A DNA stretch of 64,000 bases. It comes from Blepharisma stoltei ATCC 30299 (Eukaryota > Protista > Ciliophora). Every line of letters starts with the position of its first letter. Positions within the stretch are counted from its first letter, which is position 1. Under the pieces are notes generated by a model. The model was not told the DNA's origin. It saw only the letters and a program-made list of their open reading frames with translations, and searched no databases. The position numbers and the translations under genes are program-made. The stretch lies in the NCBI GenBank assembly GCA_965603825.1, contig CBFDEM010000041.1, forward strand, positions 434,001 through 498,000, given 5' to 3'. Positions 13,230 to 29,192 of the stretch are shown piece by piece.

Positions 13230-14327
13230 ATGCTTTCAAAGGTTTTGCCTCGCCGCTCATTACCTACTTTAAGATCTTTTTCTTCCGCTCCAGTCTACGT
13301 CGAATATCCAGGCAATATTTTTGTCCCAACGTGGACTCATGTCCCTATTTGGAACATTTATGGAGCTGAAAAAACTTACAGTTCGGCACTTCAAGCCTTC
13401 AAAGATTCCGAGCAAACTTTCCAAGATGGTACCTTTACCATTGCCGATTTTTGCTCAGTCAGTTGCAAAAATACAATGCACGTAGTCACCAAACTTGTAA
13501 AAGACCTCCGCACAAGATCAAATCGTGAAGTTTTAATTCATCCTACCTTACTTCCTAATGCAAACTGGAATGAATATTTCAAGCTCGCTCTCAGCGCTGA
13601 TTACTATGGCTCCTTGACCTATACTTTTGTATCAGCAAGGCCAGGAGGACTATGGAAACAACTCTTCCCATCACAACACCTTAATTTTATCTATGCAAAT
13701 CATAGCTTTATGCCAATCAGTAAGATGAGAGTTGCAGCTGATACGATTTGGCCTACAATGTCGGAAGATCCAGTCATTATTAGAGAGCTGAGGGATACAG
13801 CGGCTAAGGACTTAGATAATATTCTTACATTTAGAGGAAAAGAAATCAAAAGTGGAGGGCGCTTCTGCTTTGACGTACTTTTGGATCATCATATACCCAA
13901 ATTAAGCTGCTGGAGACTGCTGAATGATGTTGTGGCTGACTTTGTAGCCAATGGAAGAATTACACAGGAAGAAAGAGCTAAAATGGCACTTAGAAACTAT
14001 CAGAGAAATGATGATATTATCAATGAAGCACTGGACAAGCATAAAAGCAATTGAAGGGTTGTTCATAAAGAAACTGTAACTTCAAGATTCCCTGCTTGGG
14101 GGCAATATGAAATTGATAAAGATGCAAAGAAACTTGCCAGGGCTTATACTGAGTGGCTTCAAGAATGGACTGCAGGAGCTATTTTGATGAATTTGGCCGC
14201 AGCCAGACCTCAGCAAGAAAAGCAATTTATTATTAGTGACATTTATGAAGAACTGTTCAATAGAGTTTCTGCTAATCCAATGCCACTTGATGTTCAACTT
14301 TATGACTTCGTTCTTCAAAAACTTTAA
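13230..14327 (+). CDS. SABATH-like (SAM-dependent carboxyl methyltransferase fold) protein with mitochondrial-type presequence
   Basis: MLSKVLPRRSLPTLRSFSS; IADFCSVSCKNT, LPNANWNEYF, PGGLWKQLFPSQHLNF and DLDNILTFRGKEIKSGGRF parallel SABATH motifs; reads through TGA 14052 to TAA. Confidence 0.7.
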
Positions 14328-14447
14328 TAAGTTAAAAGATTATTTAACAGAATCTGCATAATTAGTAAGATTAGTATTAATTTAAATAAAAAGTCATCCT
14401 ATTTCTAGACTACCATAATATCTTAAAATTAAATCAAATTACCTTTA

Positions 14448-15677
14448 TTAATTTTCAATTGATTTTTTGCACTCATTCCCTTCTTGCATATTTTCAGGGA
14501 CATTTGGGTCTGCATTTTCGCATTTTTCTCTTTTTCTTTTTCCTAGCACTCCCAAGTCTTGGACTTCTCCATTCACAATTGTCGGAGCAGAAAAATCTTC
14601 TGGCTCTTCCATGGTCTGGGATTTCAATATATTTATACTCTGCTCCTGCTCCAATGCATCATCAATTTTCATCTTAATTTCATTCATCAGTTCATCGATT
14701 TCTTTAGCTTCTGCTGCATCACAAATCGTTTCTTTCGTTCCTTCAAGCTGTCCTACAGCTAGAATAAAATTTTGGGCGGCATCTTTTTCTTTGCCTGGCT
14801 GATTTAGAAAAGTTGTGCCGATTAAGAAAAATAATTCTGCTTTGCGTCTGGATGGAGCCTCACCCTGAATGCGGAATAAAATGGATAAGGCTTCTTGGTA
14901 TTCGTGGCAAGCTTCTTCGAATAGTTCTTTCCAGGTTTGAAGGTCGCCAAGGCGGACATGAGTGAGGAAAAGATAGTGCAAGTCATTTTGGTGCAAATTC
15001 AAAATGACGCGGCAAGTTTCTAAGTTTTCCCAGGCAAGTTGAAGGTCATCCTCATCTTCATCATTTTCCACAGGATTGTTTCCTTCATTGCTTTCAACTG
15101 GCATTTCATTATTTTCTGCAGGAGCTTCATTATTTTCAGCTGGAGCTTCATTGTTTTCAGCTGGAGCTTCATTATTTTCTAATGGCGTTTCATTATTTTC
15201 CGCCAAAACTTCATTTTTGCAGTTTTCAGCTGAGTTTTCTCTATCCGATTCAGACCCGCTTTCTCCACTTTCATCAGATTTACCTTCATTTTCCACATTT
15301 TGAGGGCTTCCCATCTCAAAATTTTCTTCATCAGAGTAAACAACTCCTTCTGGGATCTCTTCTCCAAATAGCTGAGAATCCTGATTAGCTTCATATTGGT
15401 GGAGTATAGCATCAGCATAGTGATAGTAATTTTTATAAAGGTCTGCAGACAGCTCTCCTTGTCTTGCGACTTTTATTTCTAAGCTTTTCCCAAGCCTCTC
15501 GACTGCTATATCGAATAAATTTGATTTTAAATCTTCGAGACCTTGGAAAAATAAAGTGTCTGGATCTGGAGTTTCTTCGTGAATTGGAGAAGCGTCTTTG
15601 ACTTCTTGATCTGCTATTTGGATTGCAGGGTCTTTTGATGAGGCTGGCTGGACTGTAGGAGTTTGGATTTCTTCCAT
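14448..15677 (-). CDS. NASP: NASP/Sim3 family H3-H4 histone chaperone (SHNi-TPR)
   Basis: TPR interrupted by an acidic insertion; DDLQLAWENLETCR; HVRLGDL; C-terminal basic NLS GKRKR. Confidence 0.85.
   Translation of the reverse strand: MEEIQTPTVQPASSKDPAIQIADQEVKDASPIHEETPDPDTLFFQGLEDLKSNLFDIAVERLGKSLEIKVARQGELSADLYKNYYHYADAILHQYEANQDSQLFGEEIPEGVVYSDEENFEMGSPQNVENEGKSDESGESGSESDRENSAENCKNEVLAENNETPLENNEAPAENNEAPAENNEAPAENNEMPVESNEGNNPVENDEDEDDLQLAWENLETCRVILNLHQNDLHYLFLTHVRLGDLQTWKELFEEACHEYQEALSILFRIQGEAPSRRKAELFFLIGTTFLNQPGKEKDAAQNFILAVGQLEGTKETICDAAEAKEIDELMNEIKMKIDDALEQEQSINILKSQTMEEPEDFSAPTIVNGEVQDLGVLGKRKREKCENADPNVPENMQEGNECKKSIEN
15090..15210 (-). repeat. 21-bp coding repeat (APAENNE-like), about 5 copies, in the NASP acidic insert
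   Basis: ENNETPLENNEAPAENNEAPAENNEAPAENNEMP. Confidence 0.85.
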
Positions 15678-15800
15678 ACTTTTAAATTATAAAAGCCCGC
15701 GAAGTGTTAAATGGGATTTTGGCTGAGCAGAGTTAGTGCTAAATAGGGGTTTTAAAAAGAGTAATAAAGTAAGAATGCTTAAATTTAGATTTTACATAAA

Positions 15801-17516
15801 TTAATGCTTATGATGGACCTCCCTTAATTTTCTATCATGCCGCTGCACATTTTCAATATTTTCTTTTGCTTGTTGAGCTGCGTCAATATTTCCTTGTCTA
15901 AGCAAAATGATGTCTTCTCTCACTTCTGAATCTGAAGGCAGGATTTGAGAAAACTTTACTTCATAAGGTCTAATGTGTCTTGCATCTCAGTATCTTCGCC
16001 CGTCAAAATCTATATACCCACAATAAGTTCCCTTAATAGTACTTATTGAGTTTCCATTACTATCAATAATAGACCCAAAAATATAATCAGATGGCATATT
16101 TTTATTCCCCCCGAACTGCAACTTGCACTTATACCCATTTCCTTCATCATTGAACTCAACAACTCCCAAGCTTTCATGCCTCATAGTCCCAAAAAACGTC
16201 CCAGAAAACACTTCTTCAGGACAATTCTGGCTAATACTTTGTCCATCAGGAAACGAGAACACTTTTCTCCCCACGTTTGTAATCTATATAAAATTTACAG
16301 TCACTGAATTTATCCTAGCTTTAGCAATAAAGTTGAAATACCCTGAGACTTGATAAGAATCGCTTGGTCCTTTTATTAGAAAATGAGAAACTGGTGGATG
16401 ATGGCTTGATTGTTCTGCATATAGTTCGCTCCCATCTTCTAAATATCCATGAAGTGTTTCCCCTAATACAGGATTGAGAGGCTTTTCGAAGGTAGAAGTA
16501 TGGATAAATGAGGAGATTGAAGAAACTATCACCAGTTTCATCCTTTCTACTGGGTCATTTATATATGCAGCCTTTGTGAGATATAAAGGATTCATTAATG
16601 CCGTTTTTAAGGTGTTGTGAAGAGCTGTATTTCCTTGCATGCAGCGGATTGGGAATGAAATTTGTGTGAGGTTTAGGTTGCCTGATAAAATTTTTTTGCC
16701 CATTTCTCTGATGATTTCTTTGCCAACACTTCGGAGTTTTGTGACTGTTTGTTGGTCAAGTAAAGCGAAGCCACCTGATGTATAGGCGTTAGAAGCTCTA
16801 TAATCGTCTGAATATGGTAGAGGCTCCCAGTTTTTGGATTCTTCGATAATTGGGTTAATTGGTATTTCTTTGAAGGATATTTCAATAGGTGATGACGTAA
16901 GCTCAGAAGGTTTATCAATCGCAACTTCAAAAGGACATGAATTTTTCTTTTCTGAAGCGAGCTCATGCTGAAAAAATATATCGTTATTTGACTTTAAATT
17001 AGGAGTTGGAGGGTTTATTGAAATTCTTTCATCAATATCACTTAATTCATCTCCATCATTTGCGAACTCTTCATCGTCTTGTTCAGTTAGTAGAATCAAT
17101 AATTGGCCAATATACTCTCTGAGAATTTTGGCTTCATCTTTGAGTTCTTGTATTTCTTTACCTGAATAAATCTTACAAAAAGCTTTTTCTACTGGAATAA
17201 ATTCAGGATCAAATTCTCCACTTTCGCTTTCAGACTGAGTTTTTTGCTCAAATTCTTTTAGTTTAGTAAGTCTTTCAGGGTAGAGTTTGACAAGCTCTTC
17301 TCTAAGCTTATTATAAACGTATCATATTTGAGTATTTCGTGACTTGTAAGAATCATAGAGCTTTTTCCTTTTTTTCAAGGCTTTGGATTGGGATTCTAGT
17401 TTTTGTTTAAGCTCAACGCTATCATTATAAGAAGTAGTGTAATAATTTTGAAAGGTTTTGCGTGGAGAAGTCATTATTGGAGTATTAACACTTGGCCTAT
17501 TCTCTTTAGTAGACAT
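15801..17516 (-). CDS. Oxysterol-binding protein-related lipid transfer protein; intron 16284-16298
   Basis: KPLNPVLGET, EQSSHHPPVSHF, RY-W(TGA)-D, LPSDS, AQQAKENIENVQRHDRKLR; TGA readthrough at 17322 and 15987. Confidence 0.9.
16284..16298 (-). other. 15-nt intron
   Basis: gtaaattttatatag; contains the apparent TAG stop. Confidence 0.9.
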
Positions 17517-17779
17517 TTTTAAATAAATTACGAATGCAGCTATAGTGTGCCATTAAATCTGAGACAAGTTATTTAAGTAGGTCTATGCTGTATTGTTTTA
17601 GCGATAGGAATATCAGCAATTAATGTTATAAAAAAAATATTTTGCTTGATATGATTAAACGATGAAAACCTTCTTAAAATTTAACTAAAATAAAAGTATA
17701 AAAAATACTCAAAAGTGTAAGGACTATGCTCTCTTTAACTATTACAAAATAATATTTTTTAAAAAGCAGCCTAATTTAC

Positions 17780-20584
<2,805 letters not shown>

Positions 20585-20622
20585 CTTTATAAGACTTCTT
20601 ATAGCTATAATTATAAATAAAT

Positions 20623-23600
20623 TTAAGTTAGTAATTCTGTCGAGCTCCTGAAATATTTCTCTGTAATTTGTGGCACATGTCCTGCTTCTCCACTGAACGC
20701 GAAGCCGGTGTCTATATAAAATCTTACGTTTTACGGATAGTTTTTGCAAGCTTATTTGTGCCGCAACTTTTTCTTCTAGCGGCAGTTCTTGTAAAGCTTT
20801 TTCTCTATCGCTATCTTCTAGTTCTTCGTCTTCAAGCATCACAATTTTCTTTTTCCTTATTAAATCTATCAGCATTGTAGTATGAGTGATAAGAGGCTTG
20901 TAGAAAAAAAAGGAAAAAATCAGCAAAATAGAGCATAAATAAGTGTTCCCATCTGCGAACATTTGTGTTAGGCTTCCTTTGCTGTCATAATTATCAAGTC
21001 ATTCACTTACAGGCAGCCATTCAGTTAAAATTGCTAGTATAAAGAAATACAATAAAACGCTGACACTGAGAATGGTGAGAGAAAACCAATAATGGGAATA
21101 GCTGAATTCTACTACTTTGCCGTTAGCTACTATAACAACAATAGCGAAGATAAGAGCTGAGCCTGTCCACATGCTGTTTGTTCGACCCTCTATTGAGGAT
21201 GTTTCTCCACAAAGAGAAAACATCACGACTATTGTAATTGCTAGTCCTTGCAAAGAAGCTTCTAAAATTCATAACCAAAATATTGAAGTATTAAAAAGCC
21301 TTCCTTTTAGACCTAATAAATAGTGCATCGGATTTCCTTCAAGTCGCTTATAAGAAATTTCTTTATCGAATAGCGCATAAATTACAATAGGAAGTGAAGC
21401 AAAAAAGATATTAAAAGTCTGATAGGTCCATGTATTATACAAAATCTGCCCAGAATACGCTGAAAAAATCCCATAACAGAATAAAGGAATTACCAGTAAA
21501 ACATTTTTATAGAAATTATAGCAAATCAAAGTAGCATTTTTGCGGTAGCTTTCGCGGCCATGCACAAACATAAGCCTTTTTAGGTAGGAAAATTGAGCAA
21601 CTGAGTAATCAGAGGCACGGACAGCTTGCGCGCCTTCTAATCCAGCTATTCCAACTCCTACATGTGCAGCTGTTATCATGTTGACATCATTTGCTCCATC
21701 TCCTATACTTAAAGTTCTAGCTCCAATTTTATTATTTCGTATCATCTTGACTATATCAGCTTTTTGTTGTGGTGATACTCTGCAGGCCAAAACTACATTG
21801 CATTTGTCAGTCACCAATATTAATTTTTTTACTAATTCTCCTCTCATAGCTTTCAATAGTGCTTCCCCTGAAACCACTAAGGCATAGTGTGTATCAGTGT
21901 TTGCCCCAAACGATTTTATCCCCCTATCAAGTTCTTCGCTGACCTGCTGAGTTTTTGGAGAAGTCACCAAAATTCTGACCATTTCACTAGTAAGTAAATT
22001 ACAGGAAAAACCAATATTGACTGCAGTTTCTACCTTGTCTCCTGTGAGGACCCAAATTTTTACGCCAGCATCTCTCAAAGCTTTAATAGTACTTGGGACA
22101 TTGTCTTGCAGCTTATCTTCTATAGCTGTAGCGCCTATTAGATTAAGCTTTTGCTCTATTTCTTCTCCAACTTCATTAACTTTTTCTTCTCTATGGTGGA
22201 TATCTTGCATGGCTTCTTCAAATTTCAAATTCCAAGCCAAGTATTCGCTTTCAGATAGCTCTCTACTTGCAATAACCAACGTTCTCAGTCCTTCATTTGC
22301 ATACTTTTCTAAATGATTCCAAGTTTTAGGTATCAAATCACTTTGGTTCAGTCTTGGTAATATCACACTATCAGCGCCTTTGCATAATAATTTTATTTTT
22401 CCATCTGGATTTTTCACAATTACAGTCATTCTTTTCCTATCACTTGTGAATTCAATAACATTTAGCAGCTTAAAATGCATTTTCCTTTCCCCAATTTTAA
22501 TTTCAATATTCATGTCTTGGTCTCTTGCTATAAACTCATACCCAAAAAACTTGGCTGCATTAACTAAAGCTAACTCATCAGGGGAACTAGCTTTGTATAC
22601 AAGCTCGCCGTCTTTCATTTCAGAAATTATAGTGTGGCAGCAAGCTAAATGCATCATAAATTCTATAATCATAGGGTCACTATGGTCAAGGCTGTTGTCA
22701 ACGAAGTCTACATGAGGGATTTTGTATTGCAAATCTAAATGGTCATCGGTTCCATATGAAGTTCCAAGTACCGAAAATTTCCGAAACTCCATCACATTGC
22801 AAGTCAAAGTTCCAGTTTTGTCAGAAAACACGTAATTAATTTGGCCTAATTCTTCATTAAGGTTCGAGCTTTGGACACCAGCTGGGGTATCTGTAGGTTC
22901 GTAATATAATTTCAAGTCCCATGCAATAAAAACAGCTTGCAAAAATTTTACCATTTCAAGAGTGACTATTAAAGAAATAGGGACAAAATTTGTAAAAATT
23001 AGCGTCCATGTAAAGAAAATTACAATAAATTCAACAAAATCAGCATGGCCAGTTCTTGTTAAATCCAAGTAAATATCTGTCTCGTATTTGTAGTCTGTGT
23101 ATCATATTGCATAATAAGATGCACAAAAAACGCAAATTCCGAGCTGTAGCAGGAAAATATAAATGACCTCTCTGTTCATATAAGATTCTAGACTTGACAC
23201 TTTTGCTCGAGATTTGGCAGAATTCAGCATAATTTTGGTTTGGTGGCCTGTGTATACGACAAGACCTGCAATTCAATCAGTGTTTTTTAATGAAGATCCT
23301 CTTAATAAAAATTGTTCATTAGATAGTGCACTAGTTATTCCTTCAATCTTTAAGAGACCATTGAAATTATAAATCATTGGATTTGGGTCTTCACATTTAA
23401 CACTACATGTAAAATAATCAAATTTGCTCGGATCAGAAAAATACTCCTGTGTGCTTTTATTCGCCAATTTATGTTTTAAATTGGTTTCTCCATCTAGATT
23501 TTTCGTTTCAATATAACAAATTCCTTTTGTGTCGCAGCTTGATAGTAAAATCATATCAGCAGGAAAATATTCGTCTTTACTCACAAATAAAACATCCCCG

Positions 23601-24019
23601 ACCTTTACTTGCTCCCATTTTATTTTGACTCATTGACTATTTTGTCTTTTCTTTATTAATCGATTGTTTTCTTCATTATCTGATCTTTTCCTTTTCATAT
23701 CTTCAAGCAAATCTTTAATTGCACTAACAGTCAAGACAAAACCTAAAGGCAATAAAATGTTTGGGACTCCTCCAGATACTGATATTTCTGGAATAGCTTG
23801 TAAAACTGCAACTACAAGGAAATAAACGTTTGCCAGTTTTTGGAACTGGAATCATAAATTTTTAGGGAGGAAGGTAACACAGTTATATTTGCTTGTAGAA
23901 ATTTTGTTGAAAGGGAAAGGGTTGATTTCTGGTAAAGGGATTTTGAAATTCCTTTCAGACATAACGAGAGTCGTTGCTCTTCTGCGAGATATATCGCTTT
24001 CTATAAGAGGGTCCTTCAT
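20623..24019 (-). CDS. P4-type ATPase phospholipid flippase; intron 20712-20727
   Basis: NKISTSKYN..FLPKNL, LDGETNLK, SDKTGTLT, ASSPDELAL, LTGDKVETA, IGDGANDV; C-terminal HTGFAFS after splicing; ORFs joined by in-frame TGAs. Confidence 0.95.
20712..20727 (-). other. 16-nt intron
   Basis: gtaagattttatatag; removal yields the conserved GFAFS tail. Confidence 0.85.
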
Positions 24020-24541
24020 TTTATTCTACCTCTAATAGTTATATAATGATTTATGGTACTGAAAACTCCTGATAGATTACTGTGATTATTTTCATAATTC
24101 GAATACGCGAATTAAATAATTTTATCAACTTTCCAATTTTACTTTAAGAGAATAGGATCTATTGATTTGGAGCGACTTAAAAATATGCAATTGGAAGCTT
24201 TGCATCAGAGGAGATAGGATTATACTATTATAATTTGGGATTTATTGCAAAATAATCAAAATTAGAAACAAGAACGAAGTTTTACAAGTTATTATATTTG
24301 AAGTTCACAGTCTTTTATTAGACTTAATATTAATTATTGCTAGGCATTTGATAATACTTATGCTGCATCATTTTCAAATATAAAGACGAAATTATTAAGG
24401 GTTAATTTATTTTAAGTTAATATTGATTATTAATTGCATGAATTAATTTATTCCTCAAAATGTCTATTTTCGAATTGGCCAAATCTTTATACACAATTTT
24501 ATTTTAGCTAAAATTAATGAATAACTATTTAGTTACTCTTC

Positions 24542-25903
24542 TTAATTTGAGAGCTGGTAAAGCTTGACTTCACCTTGCGAAAGATAAACTGGAACTCCGC
24601 TACTTGTCACAGTCACACAATCGCTGGCCCAGAAAATATTGCAAAGCTTGTCACCAACCTTATAAGGATGATAAGAAACTGTATAGGACAAGTTGTTATC
24701 AGTATTACTGAAAGCCATCATTGCCATCCCTCTAGTAAAGCAATAGAAGTTGGTATCCACATACCTTTCAATCACTGGATAATTCCAAATTTGATTGTTC
24801 TTTCTATAGTGAACAACCTTAGAAACAAACTGGTACATCTGAGAATTGGTATTCTGCAAGTTAGTCCAAAGGATTTCTCTATTATAAGGATCATTTCCAC
24901 CAGCATAGCCTTGCTCGTCTCCGTAGTAGAGAATAGGGATGCCAGTCCAAGTCATGCTCCAGGCAATGGCATTTTGGAACCTGTTAATCTTGTAATAGTT
25001 GTATAGGAATCTTGGATTGTCATGATTATCCACGAAGTTTCCTAATAAATTGACGTTTTTGAAGGCACTTTCTTCTTGGCTCTTGAAGTCTCTCACTTTA
25101 TAGAAAGATTGTCCGCTTTGGAACAAGTCTTTAATAAGCCAAAACATCGGGTAATTTAGAGTGGCATCAGTAGGTCCTTGGTATCCAGCATTTACATTGA
25201 TGCTACCATTATCGACCTCGCATACTGTATATACTCCGCTTGCTTGAGAAAACAATGACCAGAACCAAGTTGGGACTTCCATACAAGTGTCAATTCTGAG
25301 TCCGTCAAGATTGTATTTGGTTACAATCCATTGCACCCAGTTTAATAGCTGGTCTTTGACGTATGGGACTGTCTGGTTTAAGTCGGGAAGATCAGCAAGC
25401 CAACAGTTTTCAATGCTCCATTGGTTATTTCAGTCAATTTGGCAATATGGATGGTAATATGACTGTTGGTTAAATGGGTTGATGGACCCAACATTATTAA
25501 GGCCTACAGGGCCAACATGGTTTGCGACGACATCAAGCATGACCCACATGCCTCTTGAGTGCATGGCACTGACTAAGTTAATAAAGTCCTGCTCACTTCC
25601 AAAATGAGAATTCAAGGAAAAGAAGTCTTGGGCCCAATAGCCATGGTACCCACCATCTGTATTTGCGACAACTGGAGAAAGCCATATGGCATCAAAGCCC
25701 ATGTTCTGAATATAATCAAGGTTGTTCATAATTCCAACCCAGCCACCACCACAATAATTGCCTAAATTCCCACAACCGCTAGTGTCTCCGTTATTTCTGG
25801 CAAATCTATCAGTAAGGAGCTGATAAATTGTCCTCGACTGCCATTGAGAAGCGGAACCTGCAAGTGCAACAGCAAGAATGAACGAGATCAATAACAACCT
25901 CAT
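24542..25903 (-). CDS. Secreted alpha-amylase, GH13 (Taka-amylase-like)
   Basis: Signal peptide; IYQLLTDRFA, MGFDAIWLSP, DVVANH, DGLRIDT, FVDNHDNPRF, GIPILYYGDEQ; one TGA at 25430. Confidence 0.95.
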
Positions 25904-26300
25904 TTTATTATTATAAGCCAATTTTTATTAGTTCGACAAATGGATGACAAGTTTTCAGTGAAAACAGCCTTGAGAATTTAATAATGAAACATGGAGATTA
26001 CCGAATTTAAATAGAAATCTCACCTAAATATTGTTGAAAAAATTGATTTTAAATAAAAAATTATTTCGTGCAGTATAAAAGCAGGAAAATTAATGGAAAA
26101 TTCGAGAGTATAAAAAAACGGATTATAAGAGGTATATATAAAATAATTTTAAAACATTTTTTTAAAGCAAATGGATTTCAAGCCATTAGGATAAGAATTA
26201 ATTAAAAGGCATTTTTTGCAATTTATTTTTATAGATTTCTGAGATCGATTATATCAGCATTTCGAATTTATTCGGTTCTGAATCTAACTATAATAAATAA

Positions 26301-27479
26301 ATGGCTTGGATTAAAGTGCTAGCTGTCGCAATCGCGATATCAAGTATTTGTGCTCAAACACCAGAGGATACCCTGACTGAGCCAGTGGCTGCAGCTCCAT
26401 ACCCTGCTGGTGACAACACAGAATTACCATCTACCACCGTCGAACCTTACACTGAAGAAGAAAGCAGCGTCGAAACTGCCCCAGAAGAGACTACTGAAGA
26501 AGCTACTGAAGGCGTAGGCTCCACTGAAGAGGCTGCTACAAGCGAAGAGGAAACTTCCCAAGATGGGCAAACCTCTGAGGAATCAACTCAAGAAGAGACT
26601 TTAACTGAAGAAGAAACCCCAGTTGAAGAAGAAACATCCACAGGTGAAGAAGAAACACCATCAGAGGAAGAGGATGACCCTACTAGAGAAGAGACACCTC
26701 CTTCAACAGGAGGAGAGACTGACCCAACTCAAGAAGAAGCTCCTTCAACTGAGGAGGAGGCAGATTCTACCCAAGAAGAGGAAACACCAACAGAAGAAGA
26801 GACTGACCCTACTCAAGAAGAGGAAACATCCACAGGTGAAGAAGAAACACCAACAGAGGAAGAGACTGACCCTACTCAAGAAGAGGAAGCCCATTCAACA
26901 GAGGAAGAGACTGACCCAACTCAAGAAGAGGAAACCCCTTCAACTGAGGAGGAAACCGATCCTACCCAAGAAGAAGAAACTCCAACAGAAGAAGAGACTG
27001 ATCCTACTCAAGAAGAAGAAACATCTACAGGCGAAGAAGAAGCCTCAGAAGGCACTGAAGAGGAGGGCACCACTGAAGAAACAGAAACTCCAACTGAAGA
27101 GGAATCTACTCCTACTGAAGAGGAATCAACTCCTACTGAAGAAGAATCAAGTTCTACTGAAGAAGAAACTTTTCCTCAGCCACTCGACGAAGATGACGAC
27201 TTTGATGACGTCACAAGAAAAAGCATAAACGTTAACCTCGTCCAAATGGGAGTCAAAGTTGTTATGCCAGAAACTCCAAAGAAAGACTCCATTTATACTG
27301 CTAAAACAACTGAGTCAGGTTGGGGGATGACACTTATTCAATTAGGAGCTATTGCTGGAGTCGCGTATTTCGGCGGAAAATACTACTTTTCTTACCGAAA
27401 GCGCTCCACAAGAGTCAAATATGCATTCCAAGAAGGTGAATCTCAAGCTCCATACAGCAGACTCATCAAATCTATATAG
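26301..27479 (+). CDS. Type I membrane protein with E/T/P-rich repetitive (mucin-like) ectodomain
   Basis: Signal peptide, acidic repeats, transmembrane segment GMTLIQLGAIAGVAYFGG, cytosolic tail ending YSRL. Confidence 0.85.
   Translation: MAWIKVLAVAIAISSICAQTPEDTLTEPVAAAPYPAGDNTELPSTTVEPYTEEESSVETAPEETTEEATEGVGSTEEAATSEEETSQDGQTSEESTQEETLTEEETPVEEETSTGEEETPSEEEDDPTREETPPSTGGETDPTQEEAPSTEEEADSTQEEETPTEEETDPTQEEETSTGEEETPTEEETDPTQEEEAHSTEEETDPTQEEETPSTEEETDPTQEEETPTEEETDPTQEEETSTGEEEASEGTEEEGTTEETETPTEEESTPTEEESTPTEEESSSTEEETFPQPLDEDDDFDDVTRKSINVNLVQMGVKVVMPETPKKDSIYTAKTTESGWGMTLIQLGAIAGVAYFGGKYYFSYRKRSTRVKYAFQEGESQAPYSRLIKSI
26600..27170 (+). repeat. Imperfect coding repeats of TEEETDPTQEEETP/S
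   Basis: Repeated gaagagactgaccctactcaagaagagg-type units. Confidence 0.9.
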
Positions 27480-27534
27480 GATACTTAAATTTATAATTAT
27501 TTTATAGATTTCCTCAATATTTTAAAAATATATC

Positions 27535-28668
27535 ATGGACAGAGACCCGAAGCAGTATTTTAGCTCTCAGTTTGCAAGAAATTCATATCCGAATAATTTT
27601 CAAGGTCAAGGGGATCAGAATTTAAGCAATAGTACACAATTTGATTATTATCACTTCGAAGCACCCATCAATCAATCACAAGATCGAATGATTTATAGCC
27701 AAAGAGATGAGGTTTATAGATATAATGAATATAGGCAGGAAGAGCCAGTTTCTCGATCATTATATGCAGATTCACAAGAACCATGAGCAAACTATAGAGA
27801 TATTGATCCACAACATCAAAATTTTTCAGGACAAAGGAATTTCGATTCAGCAATTCGAGAAGATAACGAAGGATTTGTTGAAGTAAAAAGCAAAAGAAGT
27901 AATAAAAAAAGGAATCCTGGAGCAAGCGATCTAAAACCGTGAATGATGGAAATTTTTTCCAATATTTCAGAAAAGGTAATTGCGGATGCTATAGCGAAAT
28001 TTAAAGGAGATATTAATCAAATTTGTGAATATTTAGCTGAGGAAGGAGAAAAAGTTAGCTCTCCAGCCAAAGCTGAAGCTAAAGAATTTAATATGTTTAC
28101 TTACAAGACAAAACCTTGCAAAGCAAAAGAAAAATGCTTAAATCCTTATTGCCATTACTATCACTTTTTAGGAGAAAGACGAAGACCTCCTAACACATAT
28201 CCTTATTCCCCAGAACTATGCAGCCAATACATGAATTGCCCACATCAAGACTTATGTAGAAAAGCTCACAATCCAAATGAAGTTTTATATCACCCTCAAG
28301 TATTTGTGACGCAGCCTTGCCCTTTGCCAAAGGTAGGAGATCTTTGCATTGAAGGATCAAGGTGCCATTTTAAACACTCATCAGGAAATAGTTCGCTTTT
28401 AGAAGAAATAAATAGATTGAAAATTGCAGATGAAAATAAAAAAAGAGAGCTAGGCAGAGTACTGGGAGATTTAAGTAGCAAAAAGAAAGAGAAGGATGAA
28501 ATGAGCGTGAAAATAAAATGCTTGTATTGTAAAGAGAAAATACGAGAAGTGATGAGAATTCAGTGTGGGCATGCTCTTTGTGGGGTTTGTGTACAAGATG
28601 TAGTTTGCAAAGTTTGTGGCAAAGAAGGAATTGTAGTACCTATAAATTTAAATGGAATTGTGTTCTAA
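27535..28668 (+). CDS. Unkempt-like CCCH zinc-finger and C-terminal RING protein, with a possible CUE domain
   Basis: Joined via TGA at 27784 and 27940; YKTKPC..CHYYH..ERRR, C..C..AHN..EVLYHP; RING CLYC..CGHALCGVC..CKVC. Confidence 0.8.
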
Positions 28669-29192
28669 CTTAAATTTTAATTTGAATCGCATAATGCTAG
28701 GAATTAACTTAAGGATAATAATAGTCTCGAGTTAAACTTATTTTGAAGTTTGAATTAAGTAACTTCAATGTATTCCTTTTTTAAACTAGAACAAAAAATC
28801 GAATCATCCCTATTTAAATTTCATTTTATTGCAATATATCAGAGGCTTCATCACACGATAGCATCCAAAGATATGATGGCGATATCAAGTTTAATATCAA
28901 ATTTTTTAATTCAATAATATCAATTCAATTTATTATTGATTATTATGCTATTCAGACTAGAATTTTATAAACTAATAAAAATGAAATTGAATCTTAATCC
29001 CAACTCTCAATTATCATTCAACATCAACTTTATTTGAAAAAAAAAGAGATTATAATTATATTTCTTTAGGCAAAACGGTTCTAGCATAAAAGAAATATTC
29101 ACTTTCTAAATATAAAATCTTATAAAATGTTTATAACTGATTGAATTTCTACATAATCTAAAGGAATTGTATCCTTATAATTAAGTTTAACT

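Noticed and set aside
26623-27228. 201-aa K/R-rich overlapping ORF
   Set aside because: Shadow frame of the GAA-rich acidic repeats.
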